From: Octopus sinensis
Lineage: Eukaryota
Reading direction: 5' to 3'
Length of the DNA: 64,000 nt
Assembly (NCBI RefSeq): GCF_006345805.1
Contig: NC_043007.1
Span: 35,402,001-35,466,000, forward strand
Shown piece after piece: positions 50,427 through 63,792 of the stretch. The translations under genes and the position numbers were made by a program. The notes beneath the pieces are model-generated. The model was not told where the DNA came from. It did not search any database and worked only from the letters and a program-made list of their open reading frames with translations. Position 1 is the first letter of the stretch; each line of letters begins with the position of its first letter.

Positions 50427-51300
50427 TTGTGTGTCTGTGTCTAGACACCATCGATGTATTTATAGAGCTTATGGATGACAATGATTTGCCACAAGAACTT
50501 GAGGTATATTTTGAAACGCATTACATTGGTAGGGAGAGATGGAGGGGAGTTCGTAGACGTAGAGTTCTACCGACTTTTCCTATCGGTTTTTAGAATATAT
50601 ATGAAAGAACCCTATATTAGCTGACTAACACCAACAATGGAGTAGAAGGTTCCCATAATGCACTGCTGCAAGCGTCTGTTACAAATACTCGTCCAAATTT
50701 ATGGTAACTTATTAATGTCTTGAGAAATGAAGACTCTCTTTCTAAAAAGAAGGTAAACGATGCAGTAAAAGAAGAAACCACAACCAAGGAAAAAATACAA
50801 AGGTGTTTATAAGCGCATACTAAGCATTGTCAGAGGTTACGATCAAAATCAAAAACAACATTATTTGCATGCAATTTCAATGAACTTACATGGTTTTAGC
50901 TTTTTAGTTTTTTAAATAAAGTGTATGACCTTCATTATTTTAATTTTAATTTTTTATCCTTTTCCTCTTATGCTTTATTATAAAATGTCCTAGATCCATT
51001 CATGCATACACACACATACATACACATACATACACACAAACATACACACATATATACATATACGTAAATACATACACACACACACACACACGTGTTCTAT
51101 GTCCTGTACTCTATTTTTTCGTTGTTTAAGAAAAATGTCCATTTCCTTGGTTTTGTGTTTATGTTTTCGTTTCTCATTGTGTTCGACGTTTTTTGGGTGT
51201 CCTGTACCCATATATGCATGTATATATACATGTAGATGTAGGTACGTACATATATGTATGTATATATGCATATTTTTTATTTATTAATTTGTATATATAT
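48092..51300 (+). mobile_element. MULE/Mutator transposon remnant
   Basis: GGTGACCGGACAATTTGCCG end with subterminal repeats. WACDGTVKVCP...YQLYTLH...TDFEQA and TNNGVEGSHNAL motifs. SINE head inserted at 49263-49402. Right TIR not seen. Confidence 0.85.
49406..51300 (+). repeat. ~945-bp tandem duplication
   Basis: 49406-50350 and 50351-51300 are nearly identical, with few substitutions and indels. Confidence 0.9.
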
Positions 51301-51374
51301 ATATATATATATAGTAGACATACAATAGCACACACACACACATACATATAATAGCACACTCACCCATATACATA

Positions 51375-51408
<34 letters not shown>

Positions 51409-51730
51409 TACGCACACACATACACATACACACCATATATATTTTCTTATATTTCTAATGTTTGTTATTTTTCTTTTATTATTTTCTTTCTTGAATATAT
51501 AATTATATTTCGCTCAACGCGTCATATAATTCTATGCATAATTTATGTAAATGCAGTTTGTATTTATTAATATATATATTTTTCTGTATTCATTTTTATT
51601 GGTAGGCAGTATTTGTAGTACATTGGCACTAAGGGTAACTTAGAGTTTCAGGAGTTCATTAGCTGCACAAAATTCAAAATGTCGACTTGCGAGTATTTGT
51701 TATACACTAGCATCTAGCATTTATTAAAGA

Positions 51731-52112
51731 CTAGCAGTATCGCCCGGCGTTGCTCGGGTTTGTAAGGGAAATAACTATAAAGCATTTTTAGAGAGTTATA
51801 GCCAAAAAATAGCAAAAAAATTGAAAAAAAATTATGGTAACTTTTTTTTTTGAGAGTTAAAAAGGTCGAGTTGCGCCCCCTAGACAGTCTGTGGTTTGTG
51901 TTTCTGATTCTTGACCCCATGTCGAATTTATCGATTTTTTTCAGAACTGGGGGAACTTTTCAAAATTTTCGCTGCGTTAGTTTTGAATTATGACATTGGG
52001 CTATGTGTGTGTCAAGTTTCATCAGAATCGGTTGAAAGCCGTGGTCAGGGTGAGGGTACAACCTAACAGACACACAGACACGCAGACAAACTGCCGTTTA
52101 TATATAGAGAGA
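51731..52112 (-). mobile_element. Non-autonomous Helitron
   Basis: A|TC...CCCGAGCAACGCCGGG...CTAG|T. Confidence 0.88.
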
Positions 52113-53681
52113 TGAACAACTTTTCTCGAAATTAATCCCGTTTGTCTTATGTAATATTCAATATATCCGTTACATTTAATAGATTAATTTTCCAGAAGCA
52201 TAAGTAAAATGATTTCTTCTGGTAAATAGTTGTCCTGATTAAATTTAATAAATGGTCCCTTCCATAAAAATAATACAGGCCCCACAGTAAAGATGTCCTC
52301 ATCTTTTAATGTCAGAGTCGTATTTTTAGCGGGTCATTTAGGATTCGTCGATAATTTCTTTAAGATTTTTGATTGTCTTTTATTTTTTAATTTTGTGTTT
52401 CAAGTGCACTGTTAATTCTCGGTTTTTCTCAACAATACTACATTGTCATGAATAACGTTGTATACTTCTGTATTTTGGTGGATGTATGCTGATACATAAG
52501 GCAAAGCATTGAGTGTGTTTTTTGACCTTTGAAGTTCCTGAATATCTAGCACTCCTTCACGCTTTATTCCGTTAGAATTTAATGTTGCTGAGTATTGTCT
52601 TTCGAGTAATATTTCATTTAATACTCAAAGCCTTTTAAAATAGATACCAATGTACTATTCTTCTGGTCAAATTAAAAGGAATATTTGTTCTTGTTTATTT
52701 TGGATGTGAGGAAAAGTAGATGAAAATTTTGATGTCTATATCTCTTTTAATGACTAAAATGTCCCAATATGTAGTTCTTTCGTACTACATTCCAGTGTCA
52801 ATTGAATACCATTGTTTATACTGTTAAAGTTTGTCCGTGCAACTAAACTAAGCACATACACTATGACTAAATTAGCATTTATTGGGGAAACTACTGTTCC
52901 CATCGCAGTGCCAGGTATTTTACTATAGATATTAGCGTTGAAATCAAATCAAACCACATTTCGATGGTTTCTAATTTGTATATTAATAAAAAGCTCCATA
53001 ACATCAAATATTATAGTGGGCGGGAATCTGTTTGGTTTTTTTTTCTCTTGAGAGATGGTTTAATATAATTCTGTCGTCTTGTTCGAAACTTAGTGCTTCA
53101 ACATAGATTTCAAAAATATATCCGAAAAGTTACGGAGTCTGTGTGCTTGTTGAGACAGACCAACTCCAACAAGTTTTAATTAAAAATCATTTGAATGTGG
53201 TTTATTAATACACGTTGAATTTGATTCTATAAAGTGTCTTTTATTAGCTTGCTCTTGTAGATTGTGAGGAATCCCTAAAAATTGCTGAGTTTACACATTT
53301 TAATTTCATTAAGTAATAACATTCTTTTCGGATTAGGTGAATGAATGATAAGTTACTTCATTATTTTTGGTTACCTCTTGATAATAGGCAGTTTCTTATA
53401 ATAAATTTTGTGCGATATTTATATGATATTTAACATCTGTAAGGACTACAATATTTCTCTTATTTGATTCTTTAATTACTATATCATTATCAGTTTTAAA
53501 TACTGAGATGAGCCCCACCGCCCCATTTCTTTCAGCATTGCATGGAAAATTTCTTGCCTAAACTCGTAAATGGTTCAATGTTTTGTCCTCACATTTTGGT
53601 TGAACTCTTTCTGTATTTCATTCAATTGATTCCTTTTTCTATCATCAAATAGTTCTTCTGATAGGTGTTATTTTATAAAGA

Positions 53682-53977
53682 CTAGCACTATGACCCGGCA
53701 ACTAGCACTATGACCAATCACATACAGCTAGCTGGTATTCAATTGGCGTATCAAGTTTCGGGCATTTTGATTGGGTTTGGGATGGAAAATTCACAAAAAA
53801 GTCACTTCTATTGATTTTTAATGGCTTTGCGGGGTAACAGGGGAAATGTAAAGATGTGCATGACCACCCATGGACGGTTTTGAATGACTATAGAAAGTGC
53901 GAGCCCCCTAACTGAAAAATTGTGGATTTGTATAAAGGACACGCACACAGACATTTTGCCGTTTATATATAGAGAGA
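53682..53977 (-). mobile_element. Non-autonomous Helitron
   Basis: Same TCTCTCTATATATAAACGGCA 5' end and a CTAG|T end, with a damaged hairpin. Confidence 0.75.
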
Positions 53978-54326
53978 TATCTGAAATATCTTTTATTGCA
54001 TTAAAATTAACATTTTGCCGTGTTAGAGTGAATTTTAATCCCGTTGCTGCATTAACATGTTTTACTTCGACAGACTAATTACTTCGGACATCTTACATTG
54101 GTTTCAACTACGAATTATTCCAATTTTCTGTCGACTGGATTTTCAAACCTGTCTCTAAAGTTCCATTTCATTGCATAGGCATTTCCGCAGTTGTTGCTGT
54201 TTCTGCAGTTTTTATACGATAACTTAGACTCCAGAGTCAAGGTTGTGGTTAGCCTACCTGATGTTGTTTTTCTAGTTAAAGTATTTATTTCTTAAATAAT
54301 CTGCTTTTTCTTGATTGTAAAAGTAT

Positions 54327-55160
54327 TCTCTTTTACTCTAGGCACAAGGCCCGACATTATGCGGGAGGAGGCTAGTCGATTAGACCGACCCCAATACGCA
54401 ACTGGTACTTAATTTGTCGACCTCGAAAGGATGAAAAGCAAAGCCAACCTCAGCGAAATTTGAACTCAGAACGTAAAGACAGACGAAATACCTATTTCTT
54501 TATTACCCACAAGGGGCTAAACATAGAGAGGACAAACATGGACAGACATAGGTATTAAGTCGATTATATCGACCCCAGTGCTTAACTGGTACTTAATTTA
54601 TCGACCCCGAAAGGATGAAAGGCCAAGTCGACCTCGGCGGAATTTGAACTCACAGACGAAATACCGCTAAGCATTTCGTCCGGTGTGCTAACGTTTCTTA
54701 TTTGTTAATTGCCCACAAGGGGCTAAACATAGAGGGGACAAACAAGGACAGACAAAGGGATTAAGTCGATTACATTGACCCCAGTGCGTAATTGGTACTT
54801 ATTTAATCGACCCCGAAAGGATGAAAATCTAAGTCGACTTCGGTGTAATTTGAACTCAGATCGTAGCGGCAGACGAAGTACCGATAAGCATTTCGCCCGG
54901 CGTGCTAGCGTTTCTGCCAGCTCGCCGCATTTTATTGTAAAAATATTCTTTTCTAATCTAGGCACAAGGCCCGAAATTTTGGGGATGGGGGCCAGTCGAT
55001 TAGATAGACCCCAGTATGCAACTGGTACTTAATTTATCGACCTCGAAAGGATGAAAGGCAAAGTCGACCTCGGCGGAATTTGAACTCAGAACGTAGCGGC
55101 AGACGAAATACCGCTAGCATTTCGCCCGGCGTGCTAACGTTTCTGCCAGCACGCCGCCTT
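54327..55160 (-). mobile_element. SINE family 2 cluster (about five units)
   Basis: Repeated AAGGATGAAA..CAAAGTCGAC bodies with both tail variants. Confidence 0.9.
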
Positions 55161-55963
55161 TGGTTGTAAAAATATTAAATAAAAGGAGTTATTGTTTCTT
55201 CTAATAAAGATGCTTTCTTTTCTTTCAAAATTTATGTTCTTATACCGTATAGGTTGCTTCCGGTACTTGTTTTGCTGCATGCGCATAGGACACGCGGGGT
55301 TTCAGTTTTCCCTTTTTTATGAATGGGTTATCAGTATTAAACTTCTTTTTAAAAAAACGATTTCATATTTACTGAATCAGTCATCTTTTTTTCCCATTTC
55401 TAAAAGAGATACTATTTTAAAAACTTTCACTTTCTTCTTTCTTAAAGTTACTGATACCCTCTCAGAGTGGTCATTCAACACTTTAAAAGACACATTCTGA
55501 CTTCAATTTTTGTTTATTAATTGAATTAAAATTTTGTTCGTAGTTACTTTATTTGTTTATTTATTCTTAATCATAATAATTAAATCTCCAGTCTGAATTT
55601 ATATAGCGACATCTTCTCGCCCGAGTCTTCTTTGCTGTTCAGGTTCACATGATAAGTTTAATTTGTAATTTTCTAGAAAGAACGATAGTTATTAAAGTAG
55701 TATATTTTTCATATATTTCGGGTGTATAATCATATTCGACTCATTCTAAATATTTACAGTATTGCAATTGTAAAATGTGTGTTTGTAACATGAGCTAAAC
55801 GCCTGTCAATAAAATATGTTATTTCTACAAAATTAATTTCATGTCTTGGCTCTGCATTTAATGTAGAAACATTAAAGAGGACTTCAGGCGCATTTTCATT
55901 TTCACTGTTTATTACCTCACAAATTGTGTGGGAGACTTCATTTTCGCAATTATCCCTCTCTCT

Positions 55964-56021
55964 CTCTCTCTGAGTTTCCCGTTGCCGTTCATCGGACAGT
56001 TTTGCAAAAACTGTCCGATGA

Positions 56022-56095
<74 letters not shown>

Positions 56096-56312
56096 CGGAG
56101 TAAACACATAAATGTGAAACAAGGTGGCAAAAAGAGTACTCAATACCAGTGGTAGAGTAATATGCTTTATTTAAAGCAGCAGAAAATTCAGCAAGACCTG
56201 TTACTCTGAGTTTCCCGTTGAATTTTCTGCTGCTTTAATAAAGCATATTACTCTACCACTGGTATTTGAGTACTCTTTTTTCCACCTTGTTTCACATTTA
56301 TGTGCTTACTCC

Positions 56313-56320
<8 letters not shown>
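55964..56320. repeat. Palindromic hammerhead-bearing element
   Basis: Hairpin TGCCGTTCATCGGACAGTTTT/AAAACTGTCCGATGAACGGCA, plus inverted arms at ~56093-56195 and ~56217-56317. Confidence 0.85.
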
Positions 56321-56370
<50 letters not shown>

Positions 56371-56389
56371 TATATATATATATATGTAG

Positions 56390-56445
<56 letters not shown>

Positions 56446-56741
56446 CAGAGATAGAGATAGAGATAGATCGGGAGAGCGAGGGAGAAGAGAGGGAAAGGAG
56501 TTTTTAAGAAAACCTGATTGAGAAGAAGATTATCTTGCAAGGGAAAGAAAGAAAGAGTGACTGTGTGAAGGAGAGTGAGACGTGAGGGTTCAGAAGGAAC
56601 ATTATATTATGATGCAATTTGAGAAAGTGGGAGGACAAGAAAAGACAAGCCTACAAAGAGAGAGAGAGAGAGGGGGAGTGAGAGTGAGAGTGAGGAAAAC
56701 GCTGTGAGTCCGAAAGAGTACTGAAAGAAGAAATGGTGTTT

Positions 56742-56785
<44 letters not shown>

Positions 56786-57096
56786 CAGACAGACATACCG
56801 ATATACAGACAGACAGACGGACAGACAAAGAAACAGATAAACAGTCCGATAGATAGATAGACAGTCAGGTAGACACACACATGCACACACACAAACACAC
56901 AGACACACACACACATAGACACAGACACACAGGCAGGAAAATCTCACACACACACACAGAGGCACAGAGAGAAAGATAGAGAGAGAGACAGCGAGAGAGA
57001 AGGAGAGACAGAGAGCGCACGAGAGAGGGGATGGAGGCAGCGAGAGAGATGGAGAGAGAGAGAAGGGGAGATAGAAAGATTGAGAGAGAGAGAGAG

Positions 57097-58843
57097 TATT
57101 TCTTTATTCACCATAAGGTTGAGAAAAAGAGGGGACAAAACAAACATTGGGGTCAGGGTATCGAATGAGACGAAACATATGAATAAACAAACATTTAAAA
57201 TATATACAATTAAATGAGAATGAGTGATTAACAAAAATGAAGCGGAGGACGTGGTCGAACCCACAAACCACATACTCACACTGAACACTTTGCTTTCTCC
57301 TTTTTTACATTCTCGATTAAACAGGTTCTTTCACTCGCAACATACTTGCTATAGACTTCCATCTTTTACGAAACACACTTTGCGACAGGCATTTCTTCTC
57401 CAGCCTTATTTTCCGTTTCATGTGGAAAACGAAAAAGTCGATTAGCTCGAGACTGGAGATAAACATGCCTGTTGCAATTCCTTTTACTCTCGTCTTCCAC
57501 ACTACTTCTTTCGCCATAGCAACTACCGAAAGAAAACAGGCTCGCTCCTCCCTATTCAGGAAGGTCGGCAGAACTATCTTAATTACAGATTCGCTCGACA
57601 GTTGTACTCTTCTCGAAAGCGACAGCAGGTGTTCGACATAAGTCCAGAGTTCAGTCACCTTGGGGCATTGCACAATCGCGTGCAGGACAGTTTCACTGTC
57701 CCTCTTACATCTTGCACAAACCGGCGAAGGTGCACACCCATGTCTAAAGAGCTTATCTCGAACCGGTAAAGCTCTTCTGTAACATTGCTAGGCCAAGGAC
57801 TTTTGGTAATTATCCATAGGCCCCGGACCGAATGTTCTTTGGAACAGGCTGGCCAGTTGATTTTCGTCGAAGCCCAGAGTTTCTCCTAGGACGTCGTCAC
57901 ACTTAAACTCTACTAACCCTCTATAGAAGAACGCGGTAGTAGCCCCGCCACCGGCGTTGCCCGACTGGGAGAGAAGCACGAGTGCCTGATAGCACTCTGC
58001 ATGCCACATGCCCACCGGGTCTACACTTGATCCATGGGTCAGTTCGTTTTAAACGATGTGAACTGTGGAATAACAGCTTGACAAACGGAGACCACACCTG
58101 CTCACCGTCCAGGTAAATCCAGAGGTGCCTAAGCCTGAGCGCATGTCTGCGCAATTTTAGCCACGGCATCCCTAACCCACCCTTCAGCGGCTTTTGGCAG
58201 CAAATAGAGCGCCTTACAAGAGGTCTGCTGCCCATCCACAAAAAGCGAAAGAGCATGCGTTCCAGTTTGTTCAGCCACGAATCGGGGCAAGGCACTACGG
58301 TTAGGCGGTAAGTGATTACAGAGGCGATAAACACTTCTGCAGCCTCCGCCCTCCCTTTCAAGGACAGTTTCCGCTCAGACCATGTCTGAGTTAGGAGAGC
58401 CACCTTTCTCGCCACCTCACTCCAGTTCTTCTCTATCTGGAGATCTGGACCTAACCAGATCCCAAGCATTTTCACCGGTCCTTCCGTCCAACGTCCTACG
58501 ACGCTGTCGGAAGACATCGACTTGCTCCTCCAGGTGTCGAGTTGCAAGCCGACCGATTTATCCCGGTTGACTTTCGCTCCTGCCACCGCTTCGTAGTCCC
58601 TTAAGGCCTCACCGACCCACTGTAGGTGCTCGACTCGGGAAACGATGACGGTGATGTCGTCCGCATACGCCGAAGCTGACTTTCCGCACCCTAGATCTTG
58701 CGGGGTGCCTCTCATAGTTTCCAACCTCCTCAGCAACGGCTCGAGGGCCAAAACGTAGAGAAGCGGGGAGAGAGGACACCCTTGACGTACCGAACGTTCA
58801 ATGCTGAACGGCTCCGAAAGGAAACCATTTACCCGAGCTACCG
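57097..58843 (-). mobile_element. Tx1-clade LINE (Tx1-B), 5'-truncated, in (GA)n
   Basis: SVRQGCPLSPLLYVLALEP, YADDI, GGLGMP, CARC...ET.LH. 3' end GAATAAAGAAATA joins (CT)n, and the 5' end also joins (CT)n. Confidence 0.92.
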
Positions 58844-59584
58844 AGAGAGAGAGAGGCAGAGAAGCAGAGATAGAGAAAGAAAGATGCAAAAGAGAAGGAA
58901 TGAAAAGGAGAGAAGCTGCATTATTGAATGAAAAAGAGGGAGAAAAACAAAATCGGAAAACATTCGCATTAATGAATGAAACGAAGGAAAGAGAAAGAGA
59001 GGACAAAAATATAGAAAGAGAAGAAAAGAAAGAGAGAGAGAGAGAGAGAAAGAGAGAAAGAGAGAAAGAAATAAAGAAAGATAGGGAAAGAAATAGAGGG
59101 AGGGAGTGGGGGAGAATGACTGAGAAAATAAGAAAGAAAGAGGGAGGAAAGAAATCAAAAAGATAGAGAACGAAAACGAGAGGGAATGAAAGAGAGAAAT
59201 GGTGAAAGAAAGAGAGATGGTAAGAAATATAGAAAAGTAAAGAGAGAGAGAGAGAGGAAGAGAGAGAATGACAGGGAGAGAAGCTGCATTAATGAATGAC
59301 AGAGAGAAAATAAGAATGAAAGAGAGGGGGAAAGAAATAAAAAAAAATTGGGAATGAAAACGAGAGAGAATGAAAGAGAGAAATGCTAAAAGAAAGAGAG
59401 ATGGTAAGAAATATAGAGAGAAAGAGAGAATGACAGAGAGAGACAAGCTACATTAATGAATGATAGAGAGAAAATAAGAATGAAAGAGAGGGGGAAAGAA
59501 ATAAAAAAAATTGGGAATGAAGACGAGAGAGAATGAAAGTGAAAAAGGGTGAAAGAAAGAGGGATAGTAAGAAATATAGAAAAG

Positions 59585-59622
<38 letters not shown>

Positions 59623-60018
59623 TGAAAGAGACGAAATATAGAAAAGTAAATGGAGAGAGAGAAAAGAGAGAGAGAGAGGGGGAATGAAAGAGAAAAAGGG
59701 TGAAAAAAAGAGGGACAGTAAGAAATATAGAAAAGTAAATGGAGAGAGAGAGAGAGAATGAAAGAGAGGAAATATAGAAAAGTAAAGAGAGAGAGAGAGA
59801 GAAAAAGAGAGAGAGAGAGGGGGAATGAAAGAGAAAAAGGGTGAAAGAAAGAGGTAGAGTAAGAAATATAGAAAAGTAAATGGAGAGAGAGAGAGAGAGA
59901 GAGAAATGAAAGAGACGAAATATAGAAAAGTAAAGAGAGAGAGAGAAAAAAGAGAGAGAGGGGGGAATGAAAGAGAAAAAGGGTGAAAGAAAGAGGGATA
60001 GTAAGAAATATAGAAAAG

Positions 60019-60064
<46 letters not shown>

Positions 60065-60140
60065 CGAAATATAGAAAAGTAAAGAGAGAGAGAGAGAGAG
60101 AGAGAAAAGAGAGAGAGGGGGGGGAATGAAAGAGAAGTAA
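58843..60140. repeat. Polypurine GA-derived degenerate higher-order repeat
   Basis: Recurring blocks such as GAATGAAAGAGA..GAAATATAGAAAAGTAAA interleaved with (GA)n. Confidence 0.85.
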
Positions 60141-60463
60141 GCAAACGTTTCTGTAGCCTATTAGTGTTATTTGAAGAGAACTTCAGAAGCTACCAATGTC
60201 CTCAATACTATTTAGCTTTTATGATGTGAAGCATCTTTATTTTCAGTTTACTTAACAAACTTGTTGACGTAATGGAATTTTCCATTATATTACATTCATA
60301 ATGGAGGACCTGAGTAAAACGAGGAGTCTGATTAATGGAGGAGATGAAGTGAAAGTTTGTTTTCATTCCTCTCCCTATATATATATATAATATATATATA
60401 TATATATTAGATATATATATATATATATTATTATATATATGTAATGTTATTATATATATATGT

Positions 60464-60495
<32 letters not shown>

Positions 60496-60525
60496 GATTT
60501 ACTTCTCATTATAATTTATGGAATA

Positions 60526-60566
<41 letters not shown>

Positions 60567-60881
60567 GTGTGTGTGTGTGTAATACACACGCATACACACA
60601 CATACACACACATACACACACATACACACACAGGTAAGCACATAAATGCAAAACAAGGTGGAAAGAATAGTACTCGAATGCCAAAGGTAGAGTAGTTTAT
60701 TAGGATTTTTCCGGTTTTAATAGCGTGTGTATATATAACACACACATATATATATATGTTCGTGCGAATATACGAATATGTATGTATGCATGTATGTACG
60801 TATGATTGTCTGTCACCCCTCTCTCTCTCTTTATACATACATACATACATACATACATACATACATACATACATACATACC

Positions 60882-60919
<38 letters not shown>

Positions 60920-60981
60920 ATGTTATATATGTATGTATGTATGTATGTATATATTATATTATATATATGTATGTATGTATG

Positions 60982-61049
<68 letters not shown>

Positions 61050-61228
61050 TATATTATATATATATATATATATATATGTATAAGTAGTTGAATGAATTAT
61101 CCTAGTATGGATAATTCGGTTAACCGATACTCTGGTAGCAAATTTACAGGTCAGAAATCACGGTTGAAGCTACATGCCAAGGGCCAGAATCACGTGCTTT
61201 CGTGTGGAAATTTGTTTTTTTGACTATA

Positions 61229-61408
61229 ATAAATGAAGATGGATTCGAACGACGATTTAACAAATTCCTTTATTTTCGACATATATGTCGAAGACTGCAT
61301 ATTCTCAATTCCGAAGAATAAAGGGTGAGAATATGCAGTCTTCGAAACATATGTCGAAAATAAAGGAATTTGTTAAATCATCGTTCGACTCCATTCTTTC
61401 ATTTATTT
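61229..61408. repeat. Fold-back element containing a hammerhead 3' half
   Basis: Inverted arms around an 18-nt spacer, with GAAACATATGTC at 61344-61355. Confidence 0.8.
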
Positions 61409-61430
61409 ATATATATATATATATATATAA

Positions 61431-61485
<55 letters not shown>

Positions 61486-61489
61486 CTTT

Positions 61490-61729
61490 ATTAAAAGAAT
61501 AAAAAGCAGCAGAAATTCAACAAAACCTGTTACTCTGTTTCCCGTTGCCGTTCATCGGACAGTTTTTTTGCATTCTAAGCAAAATTGTCCGATGAAACGG
61601 CAACGGGAACTCAGAGTAACAGGTTTTGTTGAATTTTCTGCTGCTTTAAATAAAGCATATTACTCTACCTACTGGTATTTGAGTACTCTTTTTTCCCCCC
61701 CTGCTTCACTTTTATGTGTTTTACTCCGG

Positions 61730-61735
<6 letters not shown>
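61490..61735. repeat. Palindromic element with two divergent hammerhead-like motifs
   Basis: Same family as 55964-56320, with CCGATGA cores on both strands, flanked by (TA)n. Confidence 0.85.
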
Positions 61736-61787
<52 letters not shown>

Positions 61788-61799
61788 ATTATATATATA

Positions 61800-62750
61800 A
61801 CATTCGATGTGGTGAATTTGTACACCATATCCCACAGGATTATGGTATAGAAACGATCACCTTCTGGCTAGAAAATTCCCAGAAGAGATCCCAGGACCCA
61901 TCAACCACAGGTTCATAATCGCAGTATTCAAATTCACCTTACTGAACAACTATTTCATGTTCGTTACAATTTACTATCGACAAAAATGTGGAATTGCAAA
62001 GGGGAACCCGAGTTGCTCCAGTAATTGCGAACCTTGTAATGGGTTATCTGGAGCTTAAAATATATCAGTCATCACTATAGAAATATGGCAATATAGAAAT
62101 ATGCTGTTTAAAGGAGAACTGGAAGAGGTATTTGGACGATTGCTTTATACTTTGGAAAGACAGCATGGACAAACTCCTCGATTTCAAAATAATGCTTAAC
62201 AATATTAATAGCAACATACAATTCCCCATGGAGCACAGCAGTAAACAACTCCCCTTTCTTGACAACCTTATTAAAATAGTCAATAACCACATCGAAACAG
62301 ACATCTATAAACCCACAGATTCTAAACAATACCTATTATTCAACTCATGCCACCCCAAACACATAAAAATAAATATACTTTATAATCTAGCGAAAATAAT
62401 CTGTACCATAGTTTCGGACACCTATACTCGTGAACGAAGACTCCTTGAACTCAGATCAATACTAATCAAAAGACATTACTCTATATCATTAATGAATGAA
62501 GGCATTAAACGAGCTAAGGAAATAGATATACGAACATTAAGGGAAGTCAGCCGAAATATTACACCAGACTTAAAAATACTCCCATGCATCTTCACACATT
62601 ACCCTAGAAATAACGAAGCCTTCAACATTATCACCAAAAGTCTACCCATCCTCAGTGGAGATAAAACAATGAACAAAATTTTAGGCTCACACAAAATTAT
62701 CAAAAGCATTATGTTGAAAAGAAAAGAATATACGACATTCGAGCAACAGA
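61800..62750 (+). mobile_element. Penelope-like RT fragment
   Basis: FDVVNLYT, YRQKCGIAKG..VAPVIANLVMGYLE, DDCFILW, LPFLD, KPTDSKQYLLFNSCHPKH. Confidence 0.9.
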
Positions 62751-62779
62751 AAACTATTGTAGTATATAAAGTGTTTCTT

Positions 62780-62915
62780 GATAACCGGAACCCAACGTAT
62801 AGTGGTCAACTGAATTAAGTAAAGTCTCGAAGAAGTTATAAATGGTGTACCCCCAAGGCACTGTATTGAGCCCACATTTCTTCATAATTTACATAAACGA
62901 CATCTCTGATGCTGT
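62780..62915 (+). mobile_element. CR1/L2-like RT fragment
   Basis: VINGVPQGTVLSPHFFIIYINDI. Confidence 0.7.
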
Positions 62916-63453
62916 TATTTGTTTCAATCATTAGACTGCAGCCATGCTGGGGTACCTCGCTTCGAAGAATTTTAGTCGAACGAATCGAGTTCAGCACTTA
63001 ATTTTTTAAAGTCTGGTAGATATTCTATCAGTCTTTTCTGCCGAACCGCTAAATTATGCTGACCTAAACACACCAACACGGACACACACACACACACGCA
63101 TACACACACGTGCGTGTGCGTGCTCACACACATACACTTGCACGTATGCATATAATATACATATATATATATATATATATAAATAATATAAGTAAAATAT
63201 AAATATATGCATATATATACATACATATATGTACATACCTACATATATATGTGTATATACATGTATATATGGATACAGGACATCAAAAAACGTTGAACAC
63301 AATGAGAAACGAAAACATAAAAACAAAAACATAGAAACGAGCTTATTTTCGAACAACGAAAAAAAAAAACAAACAGAGAAACTAGACATACAACATAAAG
63401 AATATTCCCCATCTTCAGTTGTCCCTGTTTCATCTACTCCACATTTCGAAGGC

Positions 63454-63510
<57 letters not shown>

Positions 63511-63792
63511 TATAATATATATGAGACCAAAGTGTACGTACGCCGCTATATATATATATATCTTAGAAGGTTTGGAGATGATGTACATGTATTTTATATT
63601 AGAAGAAATGAGGTACTCAGAAATTCGGATGGTTTTATATATACACATACATATTCACCAACCAAATCCATTCACAAGGCTTTGGTTAGTCCGAAGCTAG
63701 ATTAGAAGTCACTTCCCCCAAGGTATCACGCAGTGGGACTGAACCCGGAACCATGCGGTTGGGAAGCAAACTTCTTACCACACAACCACACC
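62915..63792 (-). mobile_element. SINE family 1 dimer with nested repeats in the linker
   Basis: Right monomer 62915-63080, left monomer 63655-63792. The insert at 63260-63455 is related to 50155-50270. Confidence 0.8.

Larger units (their letters stand above)
52115..55960 (-). mobile_element. Degenerate Penelope-like element (N-terminal region plus RT), interrupted
   Basis: IVIKESNKRNIVVL and PGTAMGTVVSPINANLVI motifs. Split by a Helitron and a SINE cluster. Assignment of the part upstream of ~54000 is weaker. Confidence 0.7.

Noticed and set aside
63395-63455. CTGA(T/A)GA and GAAA in permuted order (also 20460-20509), a possible type II hammerhead
   Set aside because: Stems I and III could not be paired.
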